From an uncultured Clostridia bacterium (GTDB taxonomy: Bacteria > Acidobacteriota > Aminicenantia > UBA2199): DNA of 64,000 bases. The stretch spans positions 317,957-381,956 of the forward strand of contig CAYWEM010000001.1 in NCBI GenBank assembly GCA_964457225.1, in the 5' to 3' direction. This document shows positions 54,526 to 63,896 of the stretch, one piece after another (within the stretch, counting starts at the first letter, position 1; each line of letters opens with the position of its first letter). The notes under the pieces were generated by a model that was not told the DNA's origin, did not search any database, and saw only the letters and a list, made by a program, of their open reading frames with translations. A program made the position numbers and the translations under genes.

Positions 54526-55183
54526 GGGAGGACAGGGCGGCCAGGATTTCGCCGCTGGCCGGAATGGAGGCAAAACCGTGGGCCAGGTTGATAAGAGTGG
54601 CCAGGTGGCTCTTTTCATGGTACGTGGCCGTGGCATCGAGCGGAAAAAAGACTTCGAAACCGCGCATGAAAGCCCCGCGGGCCGTGCTTTCGCAGCAGAG
54701 ATGGGTGGTCAGGCCGCAGATCACCAGCCGCTGAACCTGCAAGCCATTTAATATTTCTTCCAGCCGGGTGGCCAGAAAAGCATCGTACTGGCTTTTTTTT
54801 ATCACCTGATGAACGGCAGGCAGGTCCAGTTCCGGCGCCAGGGCACTGAGGGGATCATCTTCACGAATGGAAGCGCGCCACCAGCGTGACATCATATTGT
54901 CGGAGCCTGGCCGGTCCAGGTGCCGGGTGCAGATCAGCGGCAGGCCCTGCCCGGCGAAAGCCGCTGCCAGGGAGCGGATATTGGGCAGAACCGCCGCGGC
55001 CGCCGGCACGAAAGCGCGTGATTCCGGGTTCAGAAACCAGTCCTGCAAGTCGATGAGAAGCAGGGCCGAGTTTTCAGGCCGGAAAGGCCGCGACCTGGAC
55101 AAGCCGAGCTTTTCCAGCTCGGCCAGGATGGCTTCGCTTTTTTCCGCCAGGTTTTTCCCGGTAAAATACTCTTCTTTTTTCAT
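54518..55183 (-). CDS. isochorismatase-family cysteine hydrolase
   Basis: LIDLQ, KKSQYDAF, GLTTHLCCESTAR (Asp-Lys-Cys triad). Confidence 0.9.
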   Translation of the reverse strand: MKKEEYFTGKNLAEKSEAILAELEKLGLSRSRPFRPENSALLLIDLQDWFLNPESRAFVPAAAAVLPNIRSLAAAFAGQGLPLICTRHLDRPGSDNMMSRWWRASIREDDPLSALAPELDLPAVHQVIKKSQYDAFLATRLEEILNGLQVQRLVICGLTTHLCCESTARGAFMRGFEVFFPLDATATYHEKSHLATLINLAHGFASIPASGEILAALSSHE

Positions 55184-55473
55184 GGGTTGTTTGGATAAAA
55201 AACAATTTTACCACAACAGCCAATAGTACCGAAAAACTAGAAAACAATTATCGTATCATTCTTCTCGGTACTTGTTTTCTTCACTTGAATCGTTTAAGGA
55301 AATATCGGCACAATTTGCCCATTGAGACCAGCGGAACTTTGCTGAATGTTTAAACCTTGGCGATTTCCCTGTATGCCAAACCGCAGTTCTCAAAAAATTT
55401 GCCGGTTTTTCCCTGCGAAAAGACTCCTGATGACCTGTTCCACGGTTTAGGGGCATTGCAATGATCTTTTACT

Positions 55474-56028
55474 CTATGTAGAGGCATCCTCGGCTTTGGC
55501 CTGCTTGAGATAGCGCTCCAGGATCAGGGGCACCTGGTCGGAGGTAACGTCGCCGTGGACCTCCTCCCCCACCATGACCACAGGCGCCAGGCCGCAGGTT
55601 CCGACGCAGCGGGAAGCCTCAAGAGTAAAGAGACCGTCCTTGCTGGTTTCTCCGAACCCGATTCCTAACTCCTCCTCGAAACGGGTGACCACCCCCTCGG
55701 CCCCCTTGACGTAGCAGGCGGTTCCAATGCAGACCGAGATGCGAAAACGCCCCACCGGCTGCAAGCGGAAATAGTGGTAGAAGGACGCAACCCCAGAGAC
55801 CTTGGCGGCGGGTACCTGGAGAAGCTGCGCCACGGCATCGAGCTGGGGAACTCCCAGGTACCCGAAGTGGCCCTGCACCCGGTGGAGCACCTCAATGAGG
55901 TTGCTCTCGGAGCGGGGTCGGGTGCGGCAATCCTCGATGAAGGCGACGATATCCGGGGTGAGGACCGCAGCGGCCGCGGCGCTCACGGCCGGCCAGTTAT
56001 CATTGTTTCTGCAGGAGTGATGGCTCAT
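55474..56028 (-). CDS. hydC: [FeFe]-hydrogenase NuoE-like 2Fe-2S subunit (HydC/HndA)
   Basis: VCIGTACYVKGA and CVGTCGLAPVV; last gene of the hyd operon. Confidence 0.88.
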   Translation of the reverse strand: MSHHSCRNNDNWPAVSAAAAAVLTPDIVAFIEDCRTRPRSESNLIEVLHRVQGHFGYLGVPQLDAVAQLLQVPAAKVSGVASFYHYFRLQPVGRFRISVCIGTACYVKGAEGVVTRFEEELGIGFGETSKDGLFTLEASRCVGTCGLAPVVMVGEEVHGDVTSDQVPLILERYLKQAKAEDAST

Positions 56029-57785
56029 CGGACACCTCGCGGCAATTTGGGAGTGTAGCTTGTATGCAGCAGGTCATGGGCCTTGTCGCCGCCAGGTTCA
56101 CCCAGAAAACGCTGGAACAGCTCCTTTACGGCGGGGTTTTCGTGGGAGCGGCGCAGTTTCTTGGTAGCGTCGATCTGGTAGAGGGCCTGGGCGCGCTGGC
56201 GCAGCACCTGATGATCCAGAGCGTGTTCCACCCCGGGTGGATAGGGCTGGCCGCCGCCGCCGATGCAGCCGCCGGGACAGGCCATGACCTCTATGACGTG
56301 GAACTCCTCCTCGCCCCGGGAGACCTTGTCCAGCAGCTTGCGGGCGTGCCGCAAACTATTGGCCACCCCGACCCGCAGCAGGCGGCCTGCCAGGGCCACA
56401 TCCACGGTCTTGATCCCACCCACGGCGCGAACCTCCGGGAACTCGAGCCGTTCGGGCTCCTTGCCCGTGAGCAGGGCGGCCGCTGTGCGCAGGGTGGCCT
56501 CCATGACACCGCCGGTAGTGCCGAAGATGTCTCCGGCGCCGCTGGCCAGGCCCAGGGGTGCGTCGTACTCGCCGTCCGGGAGGGAGACCAGGTCTATGCC
56601 CCAGCACTTGATCATCCAGGCCAGTTCACGGGTGGTGAGCACAGCGTCGGTGGTGGGGGTGCCGTCCGGCAACCGGTGCTCGGGCCGGGCGGCCTCGAAT
56701 TTCTTGGCGGTGCAGGGCATGACGGCAACCACGAATATCTTCTCCACCGGCACTTTGACCTGCTGCGCCCAGTAGGTCTTGATCAGGGTGGACATCATGC
56801 TCATGGGAGACTTGCAGGTGGAGGCATTGGGGATCAGCTCGGGGTAGAACTTCTCCAGAAAGGATATCCAACCGGGCGAGCAGGAGGTGATGATGGGCAG
56901 CGGACCGCCCTCCTCCAGCCGCCTGATGAGTTCATGGGCCTCCTCGACAATGGTCAGGTCGGCGCCCAGGTCAGTATCAAAGACCTGGTCGAACCCCAGA
57001 CGCCTCAGAGCAGTGATCATGCGGCCGGTGACCGGGGTACCCGGCGGCAAGCCGAAGGCCTCGCCCAACGTCGCCCGGATGGCTGGCGCCGTCTGCACCA
57101 ACACCACCTTGTCAGGGTCGGCCAGGGCGGCCCAGACCGGCTCGGTGGCGGGTTTCTCCAGAAAGGCAGCAGTGGGGCAGACGTTGACGCACTGCCCGCA
57201 CTGGATGCAGACCGAATCGTCCATTTTGGCGCCGTGGGCCGGCGTGACAACAGTTGTGAAACCCCTCCGGTGCTGGGAAAGATTATAGACACCCTGGACC
57301 TCGTCGCAAACCCGGACGCAGCGCCCGCAAAGAATGCACTTGTCCGGCTCACGCAGCACCGCCACCGACGAGTCGTCGATGGGAAAGTGCTTGCGTTTGC
57401 CTTCAAAGAGTCGTTCCCGCACGCCGTGGCGCCAGGCCACCTTCTGCAGTTCGCAGTTGCCGTCGCGTTCACAGGTCTGGCAGTCCATGGGGTGGTTGTC
57501 CAGGATCAGCTCAATGATATCACGCCTTGCCTGGCGTATGACCGGTGAGTTGGTGTTCACCCTCATCCCGTCCCATACCTTCTGCGAACAGGCCGCCATG
57601 TAATAATCCATGCCCTCCACTTCCACGATGCACACCCGGCAGGCACCGGCGATGGAGAGGTCGGGGTGGTAACACAACCGCGGAATGTTGATATTGAGTT
57701 CCTCGGCAGCAGCCATGATGGTGGTGCCGGCCGGCACCTCCAGTGGTGTGTCGTCGATCCAGATTGATACTTTCTTCTCGCTCAT
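56025..57785 (-). CDS. hydA: [FeFe]-hydrogenase catalytic subunit, group A
   Basis: H-cluster motifs TSCSPGW, MPCTAKKFE, EVMACPGGCIGGGGQP; accessory 2Fe-2S, His-ligated and 2x[4Fe-4S] sites. Confidence 0.95.
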   Translation of the reverse strand: MSEKKVSIWIDDTPLEVPAGTTIMAAAEELNINIPRLCYHPDLSIAGACRVCIVEVEGMDYYMAACSQKVWDGMRVNTNSPVIRQARRDIIELILDNHPMDCQTCERDGNCELQKVAWRHGVRERLFEGKRKHFPIDDSSVAVLREPDKCILCGRCVRVCDEVQGVYNLSQHRRGFTTVVTPAHGAKMDDSVCIQCGQCVNVCPTAAFLEKPATEPVWAALADPDKVVLVQTAPAIRATLGEAFGLPPGTPVTGRMITALRRLGFDQVFDTDLGADLTIVEEAHELIRRLEEGGPLPIITSCSPGWISFLEKFYPELIPNASTCKSPMSMMSTLIKTYWAQQVKVPVEKIFVVAVMPCTAKKFEAARPEHRLPDGTPTTDAVLTTRELAWMIKCWGIDLVSLPDGEYDAPLGLASGAGDIFGTTGGVMEATLRTAAALLTGKEPERLEFPEVRAVGGIKTVDVALAGRLLRVGVANSLRHARKLLDKVSRGEEEFHVIEVMACPGGCIGGGGQPYPPGVEHALDHQVLRQRAQALYQIDATKKLRRSHENPAVKELFQRFLGEPGGDKAHDLLHTSYTPKLPRGVR

Positions 57786-57795
57786 GGCCGCCCCC

Positions 57796-59964
57796 TCATG
57801 TTCTGAGCACCGCGTCGAAGCGGCAGACATCGAAGCACTGCCCGCACTTGATGCAGCGCGACTGATCGATGACGTGTACCTGCTTGCGCTCTCCCGCTAT
57901 ACAGGCCACCGGACACTTGCGGGCGCACACGGTACAGCCCACGCAGGCATCGGAGGCGATCTCGTATCGAATCAGAGCAACACAGCGGGTAGCCGGGCAG
58001 CGGTGTTCAGCCACGTGGACTTCGTACTCCTCCCGGAAGTATTTCATGGTTGAAAGCACGGGATTGGGCGCCGCCCGACCCAGGCCGCAAAGTGAGGACC
58101 GCTTCACCAGCATGGCCAGCCGGGCGAGACGTTCAACGTCCTCGGGCCGGGCCTTGCCGGAGGTGATCCGGTCCAGGATCTCCATCATGCGGGTATTGCC
58201 CTCGCGGCAGGGGGTACACTTGCCGCAGGACTCATCCTGGGAGAAGGTCATGAAAAACTTGGCAATGTCCACCATGCAGTCGGAGTCATCCAGAACGATC
58301 ATGCCGCCCGAACCCATGATGGAGCCCAGTTCACCCAGGGTGTCGTAATCCACGGGGGTGTCCAGGTACCGCGCCGGGATACACCCGCCCGCCGGGCCGC
58401 CGGTCTGGATGGCCTTGAGCCCCCTCTCACCCGCCACGCCGCCGCCGATGTCATCGACTATTTCCCGCAGCGGCGTCCCCATGGGCACCTCCACCAGGCC
58501 GGTATGGCGCACCTTGCCCGCCAAGGCAAAGACCTTGGTGCCGCCTGAGGACGCGGTGCCCAGGCGGGCGAACCAAAGGCTGCCGAAATTGATGATGGGT
58601 GACACATTGGCCAGGGTCTCCACGTTGTTTATGCAGGTGGGAGCTCCCCACAATCCGACATCTGTCGGGTAGGGCGGGCGGGGACGGGGTTTACCGCGCT
58701 CACCCTCGATGGAGCGGATCAGGGCGGTTTCCTCGCCACAGACAAAGGCGCCGGCGCCAAGCCGGATTTCCAGGTCGAAAGTAAACCCGGAGCCCAGTAT
58801 ATTGGCTCCAAGTATTCCCCACTCCCGGCACTTCCGTATGGCATTCTCCAGCCGCCGGATAGCCAGGGGATATTCAGCCCTGACATAGAAGAAACCCTTG
58901 ACGGCGCCGATAGCATAACCGCCGATGATCATCCCCTCAATGATGTTGAAGGGGTCGGACTCCAGCATGGAGCGGTCCATGAAAGCGCCCGGGTCTCCCT
59001 CATCGGCATTGCAAATGAGGAAGCGTTCGTCGCAAGGGGTGGTCCGGGCCTGTTCCCATTTCAATCCCGTGGAGTAGCCGCCACCGCCGCGGCCACGCAG
59101 CCTGGCATTTTTGATCTGCTGAATCACCCATTCCGGGTCACCCTCGGTCAATACCCCGGCCAGTGCCTTGAAGCCGTCAAACAGGATGTACTCGGCAATG
59201 TTTTCGGGGTCGATGACGCCATTGTTGCGCATGGCGACCCGGGTCTGCTTGGAGAAGAAAGGCACATCGGCGTAGAGGGCGAAATAGTCCTGGCCCACCA
59301 GGCGTTCCTTTACCTCCAGATCCGGAGCCTGTTGCTGGCGGAGGATGCGGGCTCGGATGATGCGTTCGATGTCCTCATCACTGTCAAAGCGGAACAGGGC
59401 CCCCCCGGGCCGGATCAGTACATGGCCGTACTTCCCGGCTTCCTCGGAGCCGCAGGAGCCGAAGCATGAGGCTGTGGCGATTTCGATCCCATCAGTGGCG
59501 CCCAGGGCAACGAGCTGCTCCCGGAACCTCCCCACTTTATCCGAACCGCAGCGGTTTCCCGAGCAGAAGACGAGCTGAAACTGGGCCGGCGCTGCGCCGC
59601 TGCCATCAAGGATCTGCTCCACCACCGGCTCCCCCGCCAGGACATGCTGAGTGAAGATGCGGTGCACGCTCTCGCGGTTGACACTCTCGTATTTCACCGG
59701 CATGTGCCCCGGGTGGATGACGCCGACAATTGGCTCACGGCTGCACCTACCCGTACAACCAACCTGGTGCAACTCGATGTCGGTTCGCCCCGAGGCGACA
59801 ATGTGTTTCCTGATTTCGCCGGCGACTTCCAAAGCCCCGGCCGCGTGTTCACAGGTAGCAGACCCTACCTGGATGCGTATCCTGTCGCCTTCACCTGTTT
59901 GCGCCAGGGTCTGGCGCGCCAGGGTCAGCAATTCTCCGAAGCTATCCTGTACTCCTGGGTTCAT
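57796..59964 (-). CDS. hydB: [FeFe]-hydrogenase NADH/FMN subunit (HydB/HndC) with an extra N-terminal HndB/HydD-like domain
   Basis: LRGRGGGG, CNADEGDPGAFMDR, GAGAFVCGEET, ESCGKCTPCREG, C-terminal 2x[4Fe-4S]; ATG after GAGGAG. Confidence 0.92.
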   Translation of the reverse strand: MNPGVQDSFGELLTLARQTLAQTGEGDRIRIQVGSATCEHAAGALEVAGEIRKHIVASGRTDIELHQVGCTGRCSREPIVGVIHPGHMPVKYESVNRESVHRIFTQHVLAGEPVVEQILDGSGAAPAQFQLVFCSGNRCGSDKVGRFREQLVALGATDGIEIATASCFGSCGSEEAGKYGHVLIRPGGALFRFDSDEDIERIIRARILRQQQAPDLEVKERLVGQDYFALYADVPFFSKQTRVAMRNNGVIDPENIAEYILFDGFKALAGVLTEGDPEWVIQQIKNARLRGRGGGGYSTGLKWEQARTTPCDERFLICNADEGDPGAFMDRSMLESDPFNIIEGMIIGGYAIGAVKGFFYVRAEYPLAIRRLENAIRKCREWGILGANILGSGFTFDLEIRLGAGAFVCGEETALIRSIEGERGKPRPRPPYPTDVGLWGAPTCINNVETLANVSPIINFGSLWFARLGTASSGGTKVFALAGKVRHTGLVEVPMGTPLREIVDDIGGGVAGERGLKAIQTGGPAGGCIPARYLDTPVDYDTLGELGSIMGSGGMIVLDDSDCMVDIAKFFMTFSQDESCGKCTPCREGNTRMMEILDRITSGKARPEDVERLARLAMLVKRSSLCGLGRAAPNPVLSTMKYFREEYEVHVAEHRCPATRCVALIRYEIASDACVGCTVCARKCPVACIAGERKQVHVIDQSRCIKCGQCFDVCRFDAVLRT

Positions 59965-60105
59965 CAGGTTTATCTCCTCGCCATCATTGTCATCAATCGA
60001 GCAACGCAGGTGTTTGGTGTGCAAGAAACATTAAAGACGTCAGGGTTAAAGGCAATTGAAGGTATCTGCTTTTCTGACAGGAAATTCAATATCAGCCATT
60101 TTATG

Positions 60106-60134
60106 ATCATAAGGTACGAAAAAGGTAATGTCAA
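60106..60134 (-). promoter_or_regulatory. sigma70 promoter of the hydrogenase operon
   Basis: TTGACA-N17-TATGAT; the -10 box overlaps the palindrome TTATGATCATAA. Confidence 0.75.
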
Positions 60135-60549
60135 GGATTGCATGCTGGAAACAGTGGTGTTTGTGATTTAATTGGCAGTCTGAACCTGAGTTTTTCACCG
60201 AAATTCGGCAAAATTCAACTACATATGTTGAAAAATGGTCTGAAACAGCCTGTTTTCGGCATCTTCACGGGACAAAAAGATACAAATATCCAGTGCCGCC
60301 ACTCGGATCAAATCCAGTCAGGTGCAGTTTTTCTTTCTGTATATTCTTGATTTCGTGAATCAATCAACTTCGGCGGCAGGCGGAAACCATTGAACATTGA
60401 ATTTTCGCAGGTCCGGCCGTTTTCTGTTGCCGCTTGCAGCTTTGACGCAATATCAGTAATAGCGAATCAGGGCTTTGTTCTGCCCTGCAATATGGAGACG
60501 GACCAAGGGCAGGTAGGCAAGTGTTTTGTGAAAGACCGGAGCAGAGTAT

Positions 60550-60915
60550 TTACTTTTCGACCCGTTCGGCTTTCCAGTCAAAAGATCCGCGGCCGCCCAT
60601 TTCCACCGTACCTTTCATGGCATTACCTTCGATCCTGCCGCGGTAAGTGACGGTGAATTCATCGCCGTTGGGGGTGCGCCTGGTGCCTGACCAGCTCACT
60701 TCATCGCCCTTGACACTGCCCTGGAAAACCTGGTCGCCGCGCTGGCTGGAGATGGTCACTTCGATTTTTTCACTTTCCTGGACGATGCTCATGTCGGAAC
60801 TGCGCTCGCCCATGGGTGATTGAGTGGTGATGCGCCACTTTCCGTTCAGATCAGCAGCGGCAAATACCCCCAGGGTGAAAACCAGTACAAGCAAGGCCAA
60901 AAGAATTCGCTTCAT
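60550..60915 (-). CDS. small secreted beta-rich hypothetical protein
   Basis: Clear signal peptide; ADLNGKW...G.I.GN.MKGTV...WKAER. Confidence 0.8.
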   Translation of the reverse strand: MKRILLALLVLVFTLGVFAAADLNGKWRITTQSPMGERSSDMSIVQESEKIEVTISSQRGDQVFQGSVKGDEVSWSGTRRTPNGDEFTVTYRGRIEGNAMKGTVEMGGRGSFDWKAERVEK

Positions 60916-61067
60916 TTTCCGTTCTCCTGCAAATTTGGATTTATTCAGATCAATAAAACAAAATCATTACGGGAATCTTGCAATCAACCTACTGAGTCAT
61001 TTCATTCTTGCCTTGTTTTGAGCTTTAGGCTAAAATGAAAGCTGATTAAATCAAGGAGGATCGTTTC

Positions 61068-62048
61068 ATGGCTTTCAATCTTAAAGGCAGGTCTTTCCTG
61101 ACTCTTCGGGATTTTTCCCGCGAGGAGATCGATTTCCTGCTGCAACTGTCAATCAAGCTCAAACAGGACAAGTACGCCGGTCTGAGGGCCCGTAACCTGG
61201 AGGGCAAATCAGTCGCTCTGATCTTTGAAAAACCTTCAACCCGCACCCGCTGTGCCTTCGTGGTGGCCTGCGTCGATGAAGGAGCCCATCCCGAATACCT
61301 GGGCAAGGACGACATTCAACTGGGAAAAAAAGAATCCGTCAAGGACACCGCCCGGGTGCTGGGCCGCATGTTTGACGGCATTCAGTTCCGCGGCTTCAAG
61401 CATGAAACCGTCGAAGAACTGGCCAAATGGGCCGGTGTCCCGGTCTGGAACGGCTTGACCGACAGGTACCACCCGACCCAGATCCTGGCTGACTTCATGA
61501 CCGTGATCGAGCAGAAGGGAAGCCTGAAAGGCATTTCCCTGGCCTACGTGGGCGACGGCCGCAACAACGTGGCCAATTCACTGCTGGTAGGATCGGCCAA
61601 GATGGGAGTCGATATACGTATCGTAGCCCCCAAGGAGCTCTTCCCCGATCCGCAGCTGGTCAAGGATTGTCACTCTTTCGCCGATAACGGCCGGGCCGAG
61701 ATCACAGTCACCGCCGATGTGGCCGAGGGCGTCAAGGGTGCGGATGTAATCTACACCGATGTCTGGGCCTCGATGGGCGAAGAAGACAAGATCGCCGAGC
61801 GCATCAAATTGCTCAAACCCTACCAGATCAATCGCTCCATGTTCGACAAGACCGGGAAAAGCGACACCACCTTCCTGCACTGCCTGCCTGCTTTCCACGA
61901 CCAAGAAACCACCCTGGGCCGCCAGTTCCCCGATATCTGCGAAGTGAGCGACGAGATCTTTGAAAGCCGCCATTCCAAGGTCTTTGACCAGGCCGAAAAC
62001 CGGGTTCACACCATCAAAGCGGTCATGGTCGCCACCATAGGCAAGTAA
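61068..62048 (+). CDS. argF: ornithine carbamoyltransferase
   Basis: [28 protein letters not shown]. Anabolic versus catabolic role is not resolvable from sequence. Confidence 0.95.
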   Translation: MAFNLKGRSFLTLRDFSREEIDFLLQLSIKLKQDKYAGLRARNLEGKSVALIFEKPSTRTRCAFVVACVDEGAHPEYLGKDDIQLGKKESVKDTARVLGRMFDGIQFRGFKHETVEELAKWAGVPVWNGLTDRYHPTQILADFMTVIEQKGSLKGISLAYVGDGRNNVANSLLVGSAKMGVDIRIVAPKELFPDPQLVKDCHSFADNGRAEITVTADVAEGVKGADVIYTDVWASMGEEDKIAERIKLLKPYQINRSMFDKTGKSDTTFLHCLPAFHDQETTLGRQFPDICEVSDEIFESRHSKVFDQAENRVHTIKAVMVATIGK

Positions 62049-62068
62049 GAGCCTGCGGTCTATCATCC

Positions 62069-63145
62069 ATGTCTGAACGCTGCTTCGGTCTGATCATGGC
62101 AGGCGGCCAGGGCACCCGTTTCTGGCCCTGGAGTACTCCGGAAACACCCAAGCAGTTCCTGCCGGTGACCGGCCGGGAATCCCTGTTACGCCAGACCTAT
62201 GAAAGGCTGGCCGGATTCCTGGCCGGTTCCGACATCTTTGTCATTGCCGCCCCGCTTTACCGGCGGGCCATTGCCGAAACCCTGCCTGAACTGCCGGCGG
62301 CCAATATCATCCTGGAACCAGGACCGCGCAACACCGCCCCGGCCCTGATGCTGGCCAACGTCGTTCTCTCCCGCCTGGATCCCGATGCCACCCTGCTGGT
62401 AGTGCCGGCAGATCACCACATCGAACCGGCCGAGGTTTTCCAGCGCCAAATGCGGCTGGCCATGGACATGGCTGATGACAGCGCCATCCTGACCGTGGGC
62501 ATACCCCCCGGTTCCCCTCATACCGGCTACGGTTACATCCAGTTTGAGGCTGGTCAAGACTCCCGGCAGGCCGAGCTTGAGCTCTTCCAGGTCAAGGCTT
62601 TCAAGGAAAAACCGGACCTGGAGACAGCCGGCGCTTACCTGCGGGCCGGCAATTACTTCTGGAATTCGGGCATGTTCATCTACCGCCTTTCACTCTTTTC
62701 CCGACTGCTGGCCGAATGCTCGCCCTATTACCACACCGAGTACCGGAAACTGGAAAAGGCCGCTGACCAGGAAGATCTGTCCGCCGTTTTCCAGGCCATC
62801 AAGCCGGATTCAATAGACTACGCCCTGCTGGAAAAAACCAGGGCCATCAAGGTCTGCAAAAGCCTGTTCAGTTGGGATGATCTCGGTTCCTGGACCTCGG
62901 TCTACAATTACCTGCGGCATGATCCCCAGGGAAATGCCGGCCGCGGCCGGGTTTATCTGCACGATTGCCGCTCATCAATGGCCTTTTCGACCCTGGAAAT
63001 CCCGCTGTTGGTCGTCGGCGCCGGGGAAATCGCGGTGATCGCGACTGAAAACGGCATCCTGGTCGCCCCCATGGACCGGGTCCAGGAAGTCAAGGATGCC
63101 TTGAACCGGATGCCCGATGCCCAGCCCGCCGAAGAAAAAAACTGA
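62069..63145 (+). CDS. manC: mannose-1-phosphate guanylyltransferase
   Basis: MAGGQGTRFWP.S....PKQF, EPGPRNTAPA, PADH, WNSGMF, WDDLGSW. Confidence 0.9.
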   Translation: MSERCFGLIMAGGQGTRFWPWSTPETPKQFLPVTGRESLLRQTYERLAGFLAGSDIFVIAAPLYRRAIAETLPELPAANIILEPGPRNTAPALMLANVVLSRLDPDATLLVVPADHHIEPAEVFQRQMRLAMDMADDSAILTVGIPPGSPHTGYGYIQFEAGQDSRQAELELFQVKAFKEKPDLETAGAYLRAGNYFWNSGMFIYRLSLFSRLLAECSPYYHTEYRKLEKAADQEDLSAVFQAIKPDSIDYALLEKTRAIKVCKSLFSWDDLGSWTSVYNYLRHDPQGNAGRGRVYLHDCRSSMAFSTLEIPLLVVGAGEIAVIATENGILVAPMDRVQEVKDALNRMPDAQPAEEKN

Positions 63146-63896
63146 AGAAGGCGGCCGCCTCTTTTTCGTTTCCGACGTCCACCTGCCCCTGAACCCCAGG
63201 TCAGCTGCCCGGGAGCATCCTTTCATTTCGTTTCTGAATCACCTGCAATCACGGGCTGACACTCTTTACCTGCTGGGCGACCTGTTTGACTTCTGGTTTG
63301 AGTGGCACAGGTCGATTCCCGCCTGCTACTTCGAAGCACTGCGCGGCCTGCGCAACCTGCGCGATTCCGGCACCCGGATCGTCATGGCCGCCGGCAACCA
63401 CGATTTCGCTCTGGGACCTTTCCTGGAAAATGAAATCGGCATCGAATGCCACTCCGATGAACTGAGTTTCACGGCCGGGGGCAAGCGTTTTTTCTGCACC
63501 CACGGTGACGGCTGGAACCGGGCCGATCGCGGTTACCGTGTTTTGAAAAAGGTTTTGCGCCTGCCCCTGAACCAGTTCCTGTTCCGCAACCTGGTTTCAG
63601 CCGATTTCGGGCTCTGGCTGGCTGAAAAAGTATCCGGAACCGGACGTCGCCTGCAGAAACCGCGTGACCGGCAATGGCAGGATGAGATTTTCAGCCGGGC
63701 CGAAGAAAAATTCGCCTCGGGCTACGATTTCGTTCTTTTCGGGCACCTGCACAGCGCCGAGAGGCGCAGTTGCGGTGACCGGGTTTACATCAACTGCGGC
63801 ACTTGGCTGGATAAGCCCACATACGCCGAATTCGACGGCCGGGACCTGCTGCTGCGCTCCTGGCTTCCCTTTGATCAGGCCGGCCGGCGCGCGTAG
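63117..63896 (+). CDS. lpxH: UDP-2,3-diacylglucosamine hydrolase, LpxH family
   Basis: SDVHL, LLGDLFDFW, GNHD, THGD, FGHLH metallophosphoesterase motifs. Confidence 0.8.
   Translation: MPSPPKKKTEEGGRLFFVSDVHLPLNPRSAAREHPFISFLNHLQSRADTLYLLGDLFDFWFEWHRSIPACYFEALRGLRNLRDSGTRIVMAAGNHDFALGPFLENEIGIECHSDELSFTAGGKRFFCTHGDGWNRADRGYRVLKKVLRLPLNQFLFRNLVSADFGLWLAEKVSGTGRRLQKPRDRQWQDEIFSRAEEKFASGYDFVLFGHLHSAERRSCGDRVYINCGTWLDKPTYAEFDGRDLLLRSWLPFDQAGRRA

Noticed and set aside
56064-57548. 494-aa plus-strand ORF opposite hydA
   Set aside because: Shadow ORF from high GC3 on the coding strand; no motifs.
60340-60370. Rex or FNR box upstream of the hydrogenase
   Set aside because: Half-sites and spacing do not match either consensus; kept only as an unassigned palindrome.
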